A stretch of DNA of 64,000 nt from Octopus sinensis (Eukaryota), in contig NC_043011.1 in the NCBI RefSeq assembly GCF_006345805.1, positions 8,556,001 to 8,620,000 on the forward strand, written 5' to 3'. Under the pieces are notes generated by a model. The model did no database searches and was not told the origin of the DNA. It was given only the letters and a program-made list of their open reading frames with translations. Within the stretch, counting starts at the first letter, position 1, and each line of letters opens with the position of its first letter. Shown piece after piece: positions 24,947 through 37,034 of the stretch. The position numbers were made by a program, and so were the translations under genes.

Positions 24947-25612
24947 GGGATGAGCTGGCAGAATGGTTGCAGCACTGGGAAAAACGTTTATCCGTGTTTC
25001 ATCCATCTTTATGTGCTGAGTTCAAATTCTGCTGAGGTTGAGTTGCTTTTCATCCTTTCAGGTTCGATAAAATAAGTACCAGTCAACTACTGGGGAGGGG
25101 GGGGGATTGGCGATGTAATCAACTTAACCCCATTTCCTCGAAATTTCTGGCGTTGTGTAAAAATTTGAAACCATCATCATCATCATTATTATTAATGTGG
25201 CAAGCTGGGAGAATCGTTAGCACACTGGGCAAAATGCTTAGTGGTAATTCGTCTGCCGCTATGTTCTGAGTTCAAATTCTGCTGAGGTCAACTTTGCCTT
25301 TCATCCTTTCGGGGTTGATAAAATAAGTACCAGTTACGCACTGGGGTCGATATAATCGACTTAATCCGTTTGTCTGTCCTTGTTTGTCCTCTCTGTGTTT
25401 ACCCCTTTGTGGGTAGTAAAGAAATAGGCATTTCGCCTGTTGCTACATTCTGAGTTCAAATTCAGCCGAGGTTGACTTTGCTTTTTATCCTTTCGATGTC
25501 AATTAAATAAGTACCAGTTACGCAATGAGGTCAATGTAATCAACTTAATCCCTCCTCCCAAATTTCAGGCCCTGTGCTTCCAGTAGAAAGAATTATTATT
25601 ATTATTATTATT
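24947..25612 (+). mobile_element. Head-to-tail array of SINE family 1 copies with (ATT)n tails
   Basis: Core repeated at about 25015, 25262 and 25445. Confidence 0.85.
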
Positions 25613-25771
25613 ATTTATCTTTTTAAAAAATTGTTTATTTTAAAAGATTTATTTATTTATATTTATCATTTCATTATTATATGTAACCCCCCTCCCCAAA
25701 CTTTATATCTGTCTCTGTATTGTCCCCCTCATCTTTCACTCTCGTGGCAAATAAATGACATTATTATTGTT

Positions 25772-27226
25772 GGACAGACGGACCCGTTAAACTGCTCGGG
25801 GTCTGGTTTGGTCCGGTCCTCCAGATGGATAAAAACTGGGAAGAAGTGATGAGCAGGGTGGCCAATCTCACACAGAAATGGGCCGAGAGGAAGCTGTCCC
25901 TGAAAGGTCGAGCAGAGGTGGCGAATGTGTACATCGCATCCGTCATCTATTACCGCTTGACCGTCGTCCCTTGTCCCGACCGCTGGTTGGCCAAGCTGGT
26001 ACGCCTGCTCTTCGACTTTTTGTGGAAGGGTCAGGTACCACTGGTCAGGCGATCCATCTGCTGTCAACGACCGCTGAACGGAGGCCTTGGCATGCCGTGG
26101 TTACTGATGCGCAGACATGCACTCAAGCTACGACATATCAAGCGTTTTCCTAGACGGTGAACAGGTGTGGTCGTCTTTTGTCAGATGCGACTTTCCGCAG
26201 CTCGTCTCTTTGACAGAGCTGCAGACCTGGATCAAACGCAGACCGAGAAAGGGCACTTGGCACTTCGAGTGCCTTGAAGCTCTCTCTGCCCTCCGCCAAG
26301 CGGGCAATGCGATCGGTAGTAGTTCCACTCTAGCGTTCTATTGAGGGTTAGTGGAAGAAAAGTGCGATGACGTTCTCGGGGAAACTCTAGGCGTTGACGA
26401 TAACGAACTGAGTGGTCTGTTCGGAAGGACTTTCGGGCCGGGGCCAATGGATAATTTGCAGAGGTCGCTTGCCTGGCAGTGCTACCGAGGGGCTCTGCCT
26501 GTTCGGGATAAACTCTACCGGCACGGAAGTGCCATCAACCGAACCTGCCTGAGATGTTGCCAGGATGACGAAACCGTTCTGCACGCACTCGTCCAGTGTC
26601 CGAGTATTGCTGAACTATGGGTTTATGTCGAACAGCTACTGTCGCGTATAGGACGGATCCGGCTATCAGCTGAATCCATAGTAAAGATCGCCCCGCCGAG
26701 ATCTTTTCACCGGGACGGCAAGGCAGTTTTCCTTTGCCTAGTGGCTGTAGCGAAAGTGGTGGTATGGTGGACCCGTTTGAAAGGGCTAAGGTCAGACACT
26801 TTCTTCTTTGGCCCAGGCCTCATCAACTTTTTCAAGTTTCACTTGAAAAGGAAGGTGAGAGTAGAGAAGGAAGTGCTGTCCAATAGCAAGTTTAGTGAAA
26901 GGTGGATAAATGTCGCAAGAATGGCTAGTATGAAAGGAGCCATTCTAAGGTTACACCTGTGATTTAAAAAGGTATTACAAAAGGAGAAAGGGGCTCTCTC
27001 CACCCCCTTTGACCAGGCTCCCGTTGGCTTTTATGGGTTTTTCCACCAGGAACCTTTCGTAACGCCACCCCCTATCGGGAGTTTTTCGTTGTTATATTTT
27101 CGTTGTTAAACTGCTTTTTACTCGTTTTTTTCACAAACGGACAAAACCCTCTGTAACCTTTCACCCTGTTTTGTCCCTTTATGTGATAATTGATTTTTGT
27201 CAGCCCTTGTGGCCAATAAAAGAATT
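25772..27226 (+). mobile_element. 5'-truncated Tx1-clade LINE (end of ORF2 with C-terminal zinc motif, plus 3' UTR)
   Basis: KLLGVWF..KWAERKLSLKGR..GGLGMP and CLRC..ETVLHALVQC. One frameshift near 26150 and one in-frame TGA at 26342. 12-bp TSD ATTATTATTGTT at 25760-25771 and 27227-27238. Confidence 0.92.
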
Positions 27227-27477
27227 ATTATTATTGTTATTAACATTCTTATTAAAGTGTTGAGCTGGTGGAATTGTTGGAACGCTGGGCAAAATGCTTA
27301 GTAGCATTTTGTCTGTCTTTATGTTCTGGGTTCAAATTCTGCCGAGGTCAACTTTGCCTTTAATCCTTCATGGGTGTGGGGTAAGAATTTTTGCTTCTCA
27401 GTCTCATGGCTCTGGGTTCAATCCTATTGCGTTGCACCTTGGGCAAGTGTTTCCATGCATACTGAATAATCTAAAAC

Positions 27478-27609
27478 TTAACCTTTCATAAGTCCCAAGA
27501 TATTCTGGTGATTGCAAAAAATGGGAATGTGTATCCTATATGATGCATGGACATCAGGGCAATATGTCTTGGGTATCGTATGCGATACATAGAACAGGCA
27601 AAGGGTTAA
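27478..27609. mobile_element. Short piggyBac-like MITE
   Basis: TTAA-CCTTT...AAAGGG-TTAA termini. Confidence 0.5.
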
Positions 27610-28937
27610 ATCTACCCAGTATGTTACTGGTACTTCATTCATCAACCCCCAGAAGGACGACAGGTAATGTTTGTCATAGTCTTCTATTATAATTCCAGTG
27701 ACCTCAAAGAAGTCGTATTGCAATAATAACTGTTTGCTTGTCCAAATGTCCAAAGCATTTTCAAACATCCATGCTTGTTTTCAGACTTTTAGTTCGTCCC
27801 TTATTTAGTTAGGCCACTTGTGGTCAAGGGAGACTTTGAACTGAGTGGTCATCGGCATCTTCACCATCTCGTCTGGCAGCTTATTCCACGGATCCGCAAC
27901 CTGGATGGAGTTTCATACGTTCTGAGTAATCTAAAGTTTTCCTTTCACAAGTCCCAAGGTGGACTTTGTCTTTTACACTTCTGGCTTCAATTAAATAAAT
28001 ATCAGTTACATACAATAATGAAATGATAAATAAAAATAAATAAATTAAAAAATTTTTAAATAAAAAATAAATAATAATAATGATCCTTTCTCAAATTTGG
28101 TGTGAGGGATTAAGACCATTGAAACAAATTGTGAATGCCTATTGTATATGATGCATGAACACTAGGGAAATAAATCCTGTTTTATCATAGCTGACACATA
28201 CAACAGGTGAAGCGTTAAAGTGGGTGAGAGAATGCATCAAAACCAAATTATTCTGAGTCTAAATTGCAATATTTATCTCTCAGGCTGAGGTGTTATTTGT
28301 CCAGATGTTGTAACCCCACAAAATTCTTTTAAAGCAAGACTAGAAGCCCCAAGTTACTCTGGTGGTTTAGACAGTTGGAAATGTGTTCTGCATTCGATAA
28401 ACAGGGCAGGCAAAGGGTTAAAACACTGGTGGTGTGATTTGAGTAAGATTTGGCTGCTATTTCTAGCATGTCAAGTCAAGCTTCCTTGTTGACTCATTCT
28501 TCTTTTGTATTTTGTTTGGCCAATGATATTTATGTCAGCTTCACCTTTAAACTTCCAACTATTTCATTGTGTGTCCCAGAAAACTACCTCCACCATTGTT
28601 TATTGTTTACATTTCATGAATGTTACAAGCACCTCTGTTCTTTGGGATTTTGTTGCCGCTTAGGTATGCCATCCACGTCACTCTAGATTCCTGTGTCTGC
28701 CTGTCTTCCGGGTGATTTGTCCTTCAAACGAATTTCATTGTTTAATGTTTCCGAAGGCGCAGACGCGGCTCAGCGGTTAAGAAACTTGCTTCCCAGCCGT
28801 GTGGTCTCTGGTTCAGTCCCATTGTGTGACAACTTGGACAAGTGCCTTCTACCATGGCTCTGCACTGACCAAGACCCTCTCAGTAAATGTGTTAGACAGA
28901 AACTAAAAGAAGCCCATCATGTGTGTGTGTGAGTGTA

Positions 28938-29222
28938 TGGCCTCACTGAGGAAATGACAAAGGACCAGGAGGTGTGGCAGTTTGCTGGACTTAATGTGTC
29001 AAGCTAAGTAGGGATCACTGTCTTCCACGCATACAGGCTTGTCCTTCAGGTACCAGTGGCACGTAAAAAAGCGCCTAGCAGACTCTGTGAAGTGGTTGGC
29101 ACTAGGAAGGGCATCTGGACATAGAAACCATGCCACAACAGACAATTTGAGTCTGGCCAGCTCCATGTCAAGCCATCCAGCCGATGCCAGAGGACGTTAA
29201 ACGATGATGGTGATGATGATGG
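28938..29222 (+). mobile_element. RTE LINE ORF end plus 3' UTR
   Basis: GLTEEMTKDQEVWQFA followed by the TAGGAAGGGCATC..GGACGTTAAACGATGAT module. Confidence 0.65.
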
Positions 29223-29421
29223 TGTTATATAAGGCAGTAAGGCTGGTGACATGTAAAAGACACCCAGTATAATCTCTGTGGAGTGGTTGGTGTTAAGAAG
29301 GGCATCCAGCCATAGACTGGAACCTGGGGTCAGCTTACCAGCTCCAGTCAAACCATCTGAACCATGCCAGCATGGAAAATGGACGTTAGATGTTGATGAT
29401 GATGGTGATGTTGCATATATA

Positions 29422-29658
29422 TACAGACATCTCAGAAGTAAATAGACACCATCGTTTTCGAAAGATTTGTTTCTTGGGACAAAATAATGTCATTTGACTC
29501 TTTTTCATACGGAACCTAGTATTTAGTAGACATGGTTAGTGCAGTTTTTACTGACTTAAATTTGCGTGTGTGTGTGGGGGGGAGGCATCACACTAACGAA
29601 GTGTCTGCCCAGATACAACAGTAGAATGAGGGGTGTCTATTTACTTTTGAGGTGTGTA
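29422..29658. mobile_element. Tc1/mariner-type MITE
   Basis: TA-CAGACATCTCAGAAGTAAATAGACACC ... GGTGTCTATTTACTTTTGAGGTGTG-TA inverted termini. Confidence 0.75.
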
Positions 29659-30199
29659 TGTGTGCATACATGGAAGTTGGATGTTAGACGAAGGTGATAG
29701 TGATGATAATTTAAGAAACGAATGTCCTAATTTAAAAACAATGATTCTTTAATTCTTTTGATTCATTATCACTTTTTAATGAGAAATATTTTAACTGGTC
29801 AACCTGGCCCAAATATTCCACCCGTTTTAGGTTGAAACTGGTCATATCTGGCCTCTCACACCAACTTAAAACAATATCATTCTGAAGAAATTGACAGTTA
29901 CCTCATCAAAATCTCAAAGCTCTGAGATAATACATGATTAATTCAAAACGAAGTGAATAAATACGGATTACTTTTGAGAGAATAATGTGAAGGTTATCTG
30001 GCCTTTCACACCTATCCTACAATGTCATTCTAAAATTCAAAATCTCAAAGCTACAAGTGATTGCATGATCAATTCAAAACCATGTGAATAAATAAGGATT
30101 ACTTTTGACAGAATTATGTGATGGTAACAGGTTAAAGAAATTTATTGAAAATACTTAATGAAATTGATAAATAACAATAAAAATTCTCTCCTAGTATAG

Positions 30200-30900
30200 A
30201 GTGGCTAACTGGCTTCCATGCCAGTGGCACATAAAAGGCACCATTCAAGTGTGATCGTTACCAGCGTCGCCTTACTGGCACTTGTGCCCGTGTTAGTAGG
30301 GTGCCAAGAGCACCATCTGAGTGTGATCGTTGCTAGAGAGCACCATCTGAGCGTGATCGTTGCCAGAGCGGCCAACTGGCTTCTGTGCCGGTGGCACGTA
30401 AAAGGGCACCATTCGAGCGTGATCATTACCAGCGTCGCCTTACTGGCACCTGTGCCAGTGGCATGTGTAAAAAGATTCGAGCGAGGTCATTGCCAGTACC
30501 GCCTGACTGGCCTCTGTGCCAGTGGCACGTAAAAAGCACCCACTACATTCTCAGAGTGGTTAGCATTAGGAAGGGCATCCAGCTGTAGAAACTCTGCCAG
30601 ATCAAGATTGGAGCCTGGTGCAACCATCTGGTTTGCCAGCCCTCAGTCAAAAGAGTCCAACCCATGCTAGCATGGAAAGCGGACGTTAAATGATGATGAT
30701 GATGATGTTTGGTGAGCATGTAAAAGCACCCTTCACATTCCTGGAGTGGTTGGCATTAGGAAGAGCATCCAGCTGTAGAAACACTGCCAAATCAGACTGG
30801 AACCTGATGCAGTGCTTTGGCTCATGAGCTCCAGTCAAACCATTTAACCCATGGCAGCATGGAGAGTGGATGTTAAATGATGATGATGGTGATGATGATT
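30200..30900 (+). mobile_element. RTE-associated 3' UTR repeat with tandem AAAAGCACC modules and (GAT)n tails, two copies
   Basis: The same module occurs at 40375-40580(-), 44850-45180(-), 45540-45785(-), 50060-50650, 53550-53840, 56275-56672, 57595-57775(-), 61072-61390(-) and 63135-63310(-). Confidence 0.75.
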
Positions 30901-32165
30901 TGGCTGAAAATTAGTGAGTTTTAGCCTTAAATTAGCCCAGGCTCTTTCAGATTCAGTTTGTTAATAATTTAGCACCCTTTATGCAAGAAGGCCTGTGATT
31001 TAGGGGTTAGGGTATTCAGTTGATTATAAGGTTGTGAGTTCGATTCCTGGTTATGCCTTGTGTCCTTGAGCAAGACACTTTATTTCACGTTGCTCCAGTC
31101 CACTCTGCTGGCAAAACTGAAGATTGACGAATGGTTAATAAGGGCTGTACAGGCCCTTTACAGAGAGGCTGTTAGTAAGGTTAGGATTGGCAATGAGTTG
31201 TACGTGTATTTCAAAGGGCCAGCCTTCTCACACTCTGTGTCATGCTGAATCTCCCTGAGAACTACATTAACAGTACACATGTCTGAGGAGTACTCAGCCA
31301 CTTGTATGTTAATTTCATGAGCAGGCTGCTCTCTTAATTGTATTTACTGGATCACTTACTGTTGTAACCAAAAGAGAGCCAGCCACCTCCCTTAATGCTC
31401 AAAATCATTTTAGGTGTTTATCAACCCCTTGGGTAGCTACATAGGCACCCACCCAAGGGTCAATATTGGCCACTTTGCTGTTGTCCCCCTGTTCTATAGA
31501 TTTATTTGAACTTGTGGAAATAGTAGTTAAATCTCTCTCAGAATCATTCATACCAACATGAGAAAGGAAGGACACATTGTATAAAGCAGTCCAAGATACA
31601 CTGTGTCAAAAACAAAAGAGAACAAAAGACATTCATAACCATAACACTTTTAATCATCGATCTGCTTTGTCAATGTTGACCTTGGATTGAGCAACAACAA
31701 TGTACACCAAGCGTTGGCATTGATATTGCCCTAAACAATTAATTACCTAGTATTTTATTGATTTATTGCAATAGAAACAGCTCTGATCTGTTGCTTTAAT
31801 TAGCTGGAGGAGAAGAAGGGGCAGAGTCCAAAATGCTATCAGTTTTTCATTCCAATAAGTAATTTCAGGGTAAATACGTTGGTTTGTGACATTCGGAGGT
31901 CGGCTGTTGATGAGAGATCTGTTGTCAAACCAATTTGTTATTTGGCTTTTGTTTCTCTCCCAGACAACAACAGTTATTTTTGGCCAAATTCCATTCCTAT
32001 ATCCTGTGACTATGTGTTAAGTAGGTTAAGGTGATTACAACAAGGTCAGCAAGAGGAGGAGGAAACGGTAAGATTCTTTGATTGACAGAATCGGGAGAGC
32101 TCCAGGCAAAAATGCCTTGCAGTATTTCATTATGTCTTATGTTCTGAGCTCAAATCTGATCTCCC

Positions 32166-32200
<35 letters not shown>

Positions 32201-32204
<4 letters not shown>

Positions 32205-32392
32205 GATGACCACTAGGTGGACTCCTAATATGCTAAATGTAGACCCCGTATGGTCTGACCACTAAGAAACGACAAAACGTAAAGCGGGCAAGACAAATGA
32301 AAAGATACAAAACATAATGATTAGTCACATACCAGGGTTCATCATTACCATTTACATTAGCATATTAGGAGTCCACCTAGTGGTCATTCCTT
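32201..32392. repeat. Inverted repeat with about 40-bp arms, adjoining (TA)n (MITE or PLE-type foldback)
   Basis: AAGGGATGACCACTAGGTGGACTCCTAATATGCTAAATGTA versus TACATTAGCATATTAGGAGTCCACCTAGTGGTCATTCCTT. Confidence 0.85.
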
Positions 32393-32638
32393 TTATATGT
32401 ATTTAATATAATTTTCTGAATGTTCAGACTTTTCCAATATGCTAGGCCACTGGTTTAAATTGATATTAATCTAATTAATATCAATTTTTTACCTTTATTA
32501 TTTAAATTTATGTATATGTGTGTGTGTATATATATATATATATAGATAGATAAAACTTACTTGGAAGTGGATGCATGGCATTTGGTCATATAACAATAAA
32601 TATATATATATATATGTGTGTGTGTATGTGTGTGTGTA

Positions 32639-32856
32639 TGAGGGAGTGCTGAGAAGTTCCTGGTTTTGGGTAAAAAAAAATACAAGAGGATTCGTTAATT
32701 ATGATTTTATTCAACATATTTCCCTCTCAGATTCACACATTTATTGCAGTGGTCCTTCAGTTTTACTAAGTCCTATAAAAGAACTCAAAAGGTTGGGCCT
32801 ACGACCGGGCCCTTTGCAATACCTCTTAAAGCCAGGAACTTTTCGGCACCCCTTCA
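32639..32856. mobile_element. Mariner-derived MITE
   Basis: TA-TGAGGGAGTGCTGAGAAGTTCCTGG ... CCAGGAACTTTTCGGCACCCCTTCA-TA. Confidence 0.85.
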
Positions 32857-35629
32857 TATACACATATGCATACACACACTTATAAATATCTATCAACACA
32901 GACACATGTATATGTAACATATACACACACAAATTTAATACATAGATACACAAATAATGTACCACACACACACACACACACACACACACTATACATATAA
33001 CGTACACACGAACAAAAGGTACACGTTTACCACACTCACACACAGCCTCGCACTCTACACGCAACATACACACACATGTACAATGATTTGTTTTTATCAA
33101 TCCATACAACCGCACACACATACCTAAATACCTACCTACACACCTGTGCACACGCGCATGTTCCCTCCCACACGTGGCGATCAGTTTCCAATGGTTACCG
33201 AGCTGCATTGCATTAAGAGCACAGGTATTTCAGATTAAGGTAAATACTCTGACGGGTGGGGCGTGGAGGTGACAATGGTGGTGCGGGGATGGCGATGGAA
33301 GTGGTGGTAAATTGTATTCGTTGTGGTGATGATGATGATGATGATGATGGTAGTGGTGATTGAGGTTGGGTAGTCGATAGGTGTAGAGGTGATCATGATG
33401 ATGAAGGTGGTGGTGGTGGTGGTAGTAGTAGTAATGGTTGAGACTATTAGAGGTGGTGGTTGTGGGGGGGGCAGCAGTTGTGATAGAGAATGAGATTTGA
33501 CAGCAGTACTGAAAGTGGTGGTGTGGTGGTGGTGGTGGGGGCAATATTAGTGATGACCAACCGCCTGGTCATAAGGAGTTGAAGCTGGGGAAATAAAGAC
33601 GATTGGGTTATGTTATGTCACCATATCAATGACGTAACACCACCACCACCATCACAACCACCACTATTACAACCACCACTATTACAACCACCACAACCAT
33701 AACTACTACTACTACTACCTTCATCACCACTATCGCCATCACCACCAGTCATATCAACTACCAATACCACAACCACCACCACCATGACTATCAACATCCC
33801 CACAACCACCACCACCACTGCTACCATCACAAACAACAACAACAACACTACCCCCCCCCCCCCGCCTCCATAGCTACAACACAAGTGCAACTTCAATAAC
33901 AGCTTCTAATAAAGGCAGAAATGTTAACATGCTGGACGTTCTGAGTTCAAATTCCGCTGAGGTCGACTTTACCTTTCATTCTTTCAGGGGCAATGAAATA
34001 ATACCAGTTATGCACTCGGGTTGATGTAATCGACTTAATCCCTTTGTCTGTCCTTGTTTGTCCCCTCTATGTTTAGGCTCACCCCCCCCCCCCCATGCGC
34101 AACAAAGAAATAAATAACTTTTCTAATTTAGAGATACGACCAGCACTGTTGACAGGTGGTGGGGTGGGGCATAGTTGATGCTATCCCCAGTACATGACTG
34201 GTACTTTAATTGACTTCGAAGGGATGAAGGACAAAGTCGACTGACTGTATGTATTTATGATAGACGTGGCACACTCCCACTGCATGGCCTCTTGAGCAAG
34301 TTTCTCTAAGTACAGGTATATGGTTTTAGGTTCAGTTCCACTGCGTGGTACCTTGGTCAGGTGTCTATAGGTGTGGGTGTGGCTCTGTAGTTAAGAAGTT
34401 TCCTTCTCAATCACATGGTCCCAGGTTCAGCTCCACTGCATGGCACCTGGACAGGTGTCTTTCGCTGCAGAAGGGGCTGAGTTCTGGAGAAGCTTCCTTC
34501 CCAATTGTGTGCATGGCCAACTGCGTGGTGCCTTGGGCTGGTGTTTTCTGCTATAGCTCTGGGCTGATCAAAGCCTTGTGAGTGATTGTGGTTGATGGAA
34601 ACTGAAAAAAGCCCAGCTTGTGTGTGCATGCATGTGTATATGTCTGTGTTGGGGGGGTGGAGTTGTATTTTGCATGTCCTCCCCCTGCACGTGTTTTCAG
34701 TGGTTGTAAACAATGACCCTTGGCTTGTTGTCCATCGTGAAAGCATATCTGGGCTTCTTGACATATGTGGACATGTTGTATGATCATTCTAAACAAAAGG
34801 CCCATTCATTAGGTGTCGTTTGTTTCCAGTTCTCCACACAAACATGTCTGAGATGTTTGTTGTTTAATAAACTGGGAGATTTATTAACTCACTTAGAATC
34901 AAGTGTGATGATGATGATGATGGTAGTGGTGGTGGTGGTGAGGTGCAGTTGGCCCCAGGAAGGGCCTCTGGCCATGGAAAACTCTGCATCAATGCACTTT
35001 TGTCTGAACCATCCAAGCATGGATAAGTAGATGTTGAAATGATTACAATGATGATGAGGAGGATGAGGATGCTATTGTCTGTCTGGTGTGATGTAACATC
35101 TACCTGGCTGCCAGACTGCCTCTAATTTATCACTCTTAATCGGAAGTTGCTCGTTTAAAAGAGAAAAGTACATCGAAAAACAAAAGGGAAAAAAAACACT
35201 GAGCGAACAAAAGTAACACAGACAGACAGACAGACATAAATGGTAAAAATAAATAAAACAATAATCATTAGTCTTTGTAAAACATTGAGAAGAGCAGCGA
35301 AGGTAGCAGCCAGGTGAACAAAAACACAAAAATAACCAGAGCAAGGAAAAAAAGGCAAAAAATGAACTAAAAATAATTACCACCAAAATACCTTCTCTTT
35401 CCTCCCCCCCTCCCTATTAGCAAAAAACAAAATACCCCAAAAACTAAACATGTAAGAAATTAGAAGAGAATTGAAAAAAAAAAGCAAAGAAAAGGAAGAA
35501 AAAAAACAACAGGAAGTAAAGAAATAATTATTTTCTTTTTGATTTTTAAAAAAAATATTTTAAAATTACGTAAAAAGACTAAAGAAATATAATTGTTACA
35601 CACACACACACACAAATATACACTCATTT

Positions 35630-36496
35630 AAATATGTATATATATGTGTGTGTGTGTGTGTGTGTATATATATGTGTGTATATATATGTATGTGTGTATA
35701 TATGTGAGTGTATATATATGTATGTGTGTATATATATAAATGTATGTATATGTGTGGGTGTATATATATATATGTGTGTGTGTGTGTGTGCGTGAGTATA
35801 CATATATAAGTGTGTATATATATATTTTGTATGTATGTGTGTGTATATATATATATGTGTGTGTGTGTGTATATATATATATATGTGTGTGTATATATAT
35901 ATGTGTGTGTGTGTGTATATATATATATATGTGTGTGTATATATATACACATATATATATCTGTATATGTATGTTTGCGTGTGCATGCATATGTCTGTAC
36001 GTATGTATATATATATATGAATGCTATGTATATAACTATGTAACATGTGTATATATATATTATATATATATATATATATGTGTGTGTGTGGTGTGTATAT
36101 ATATGTGTGTGTATATATGTATGTGTGTATATATGTGAGTGTATATATAGTATGTGTGTATATATATAAATGTATGTATATGTGTGGGTGTATATATATA
36201 TATGTGTGTGTGTGTGTATATGTGTGAGTATACATATATAAGTGTGTATATATATGTATATGTGTATATATATATATTTTGTATGTATGTGTGTGTATAT
36301 ATATATATGTGTGTGTGTGTGTAATATATATATATGTGTGTGTATATATATATATATGTGTGTGTGTGTGTATATATATTATGTGTTGTGTATATATATA
36401 CACATATATATATCTGTATATGTATGTTTGCGTGTGCATGCATATGTCTGTACGTATGTATATATATATATGAATGCTATGTATATAACTATGTAA

Positions 36497-36529
<33 letters not shown>

Positions 36530-36530
36530 T
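35630..36530. repeat. About 450-bp tandem duplication of mixed (TA)/(TG) low-complexity sequence
   Basis: Marker TTTGCGTGTGCATGCATATGTCTGTACG at about 35974 and 36427. Confidence 0.85.
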
Positions 36531-36997
36531 TGTGTGTGTGTATGTTTGCCTGCATGTATGAATCGTAATAAATCCTAAATGTGAGAATGTACTCTTTATT
36601 CTTGCATTTAGAAGACAAACCAATTAAACTGTGTGGATTAGTCACTGACATGTTGTTATGCAAGACACTAATCATGCTTCGCTAATTACGTATTTCCACC
36701 GTAGCAATTACTCTGCTTGTATTCCCCCTCCCCTTCCTTTTATTCCCTCTTCCCCTCCCCCTTCTATTTTCCCCACCGCCACATTTCCTCACCAATTAGT
36801 CTCTTCTCTTTCTGTGGATTCTTTTGAGTTCAACTTCGCTTCGCTGATTCGCAGGTGTGTACAGGTGTGTTTGTTTGTATGAATATATATATATATATGT
36901 ATGTATGTATGTATGTATATATTTATGTATGTATGTATGTATATATATGTATGTGTATATGTATATATGTATGTATACATGTATGTATGTATACATG

Positions 36998-37029
<32 letters not shown>

Positions 37030-37034
37030 TATAT

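Noticed and set aside
31000-31014. TTAGGG-like telomeric motif
   Set aside because: Only one or two units, within a degenerate SINE head.
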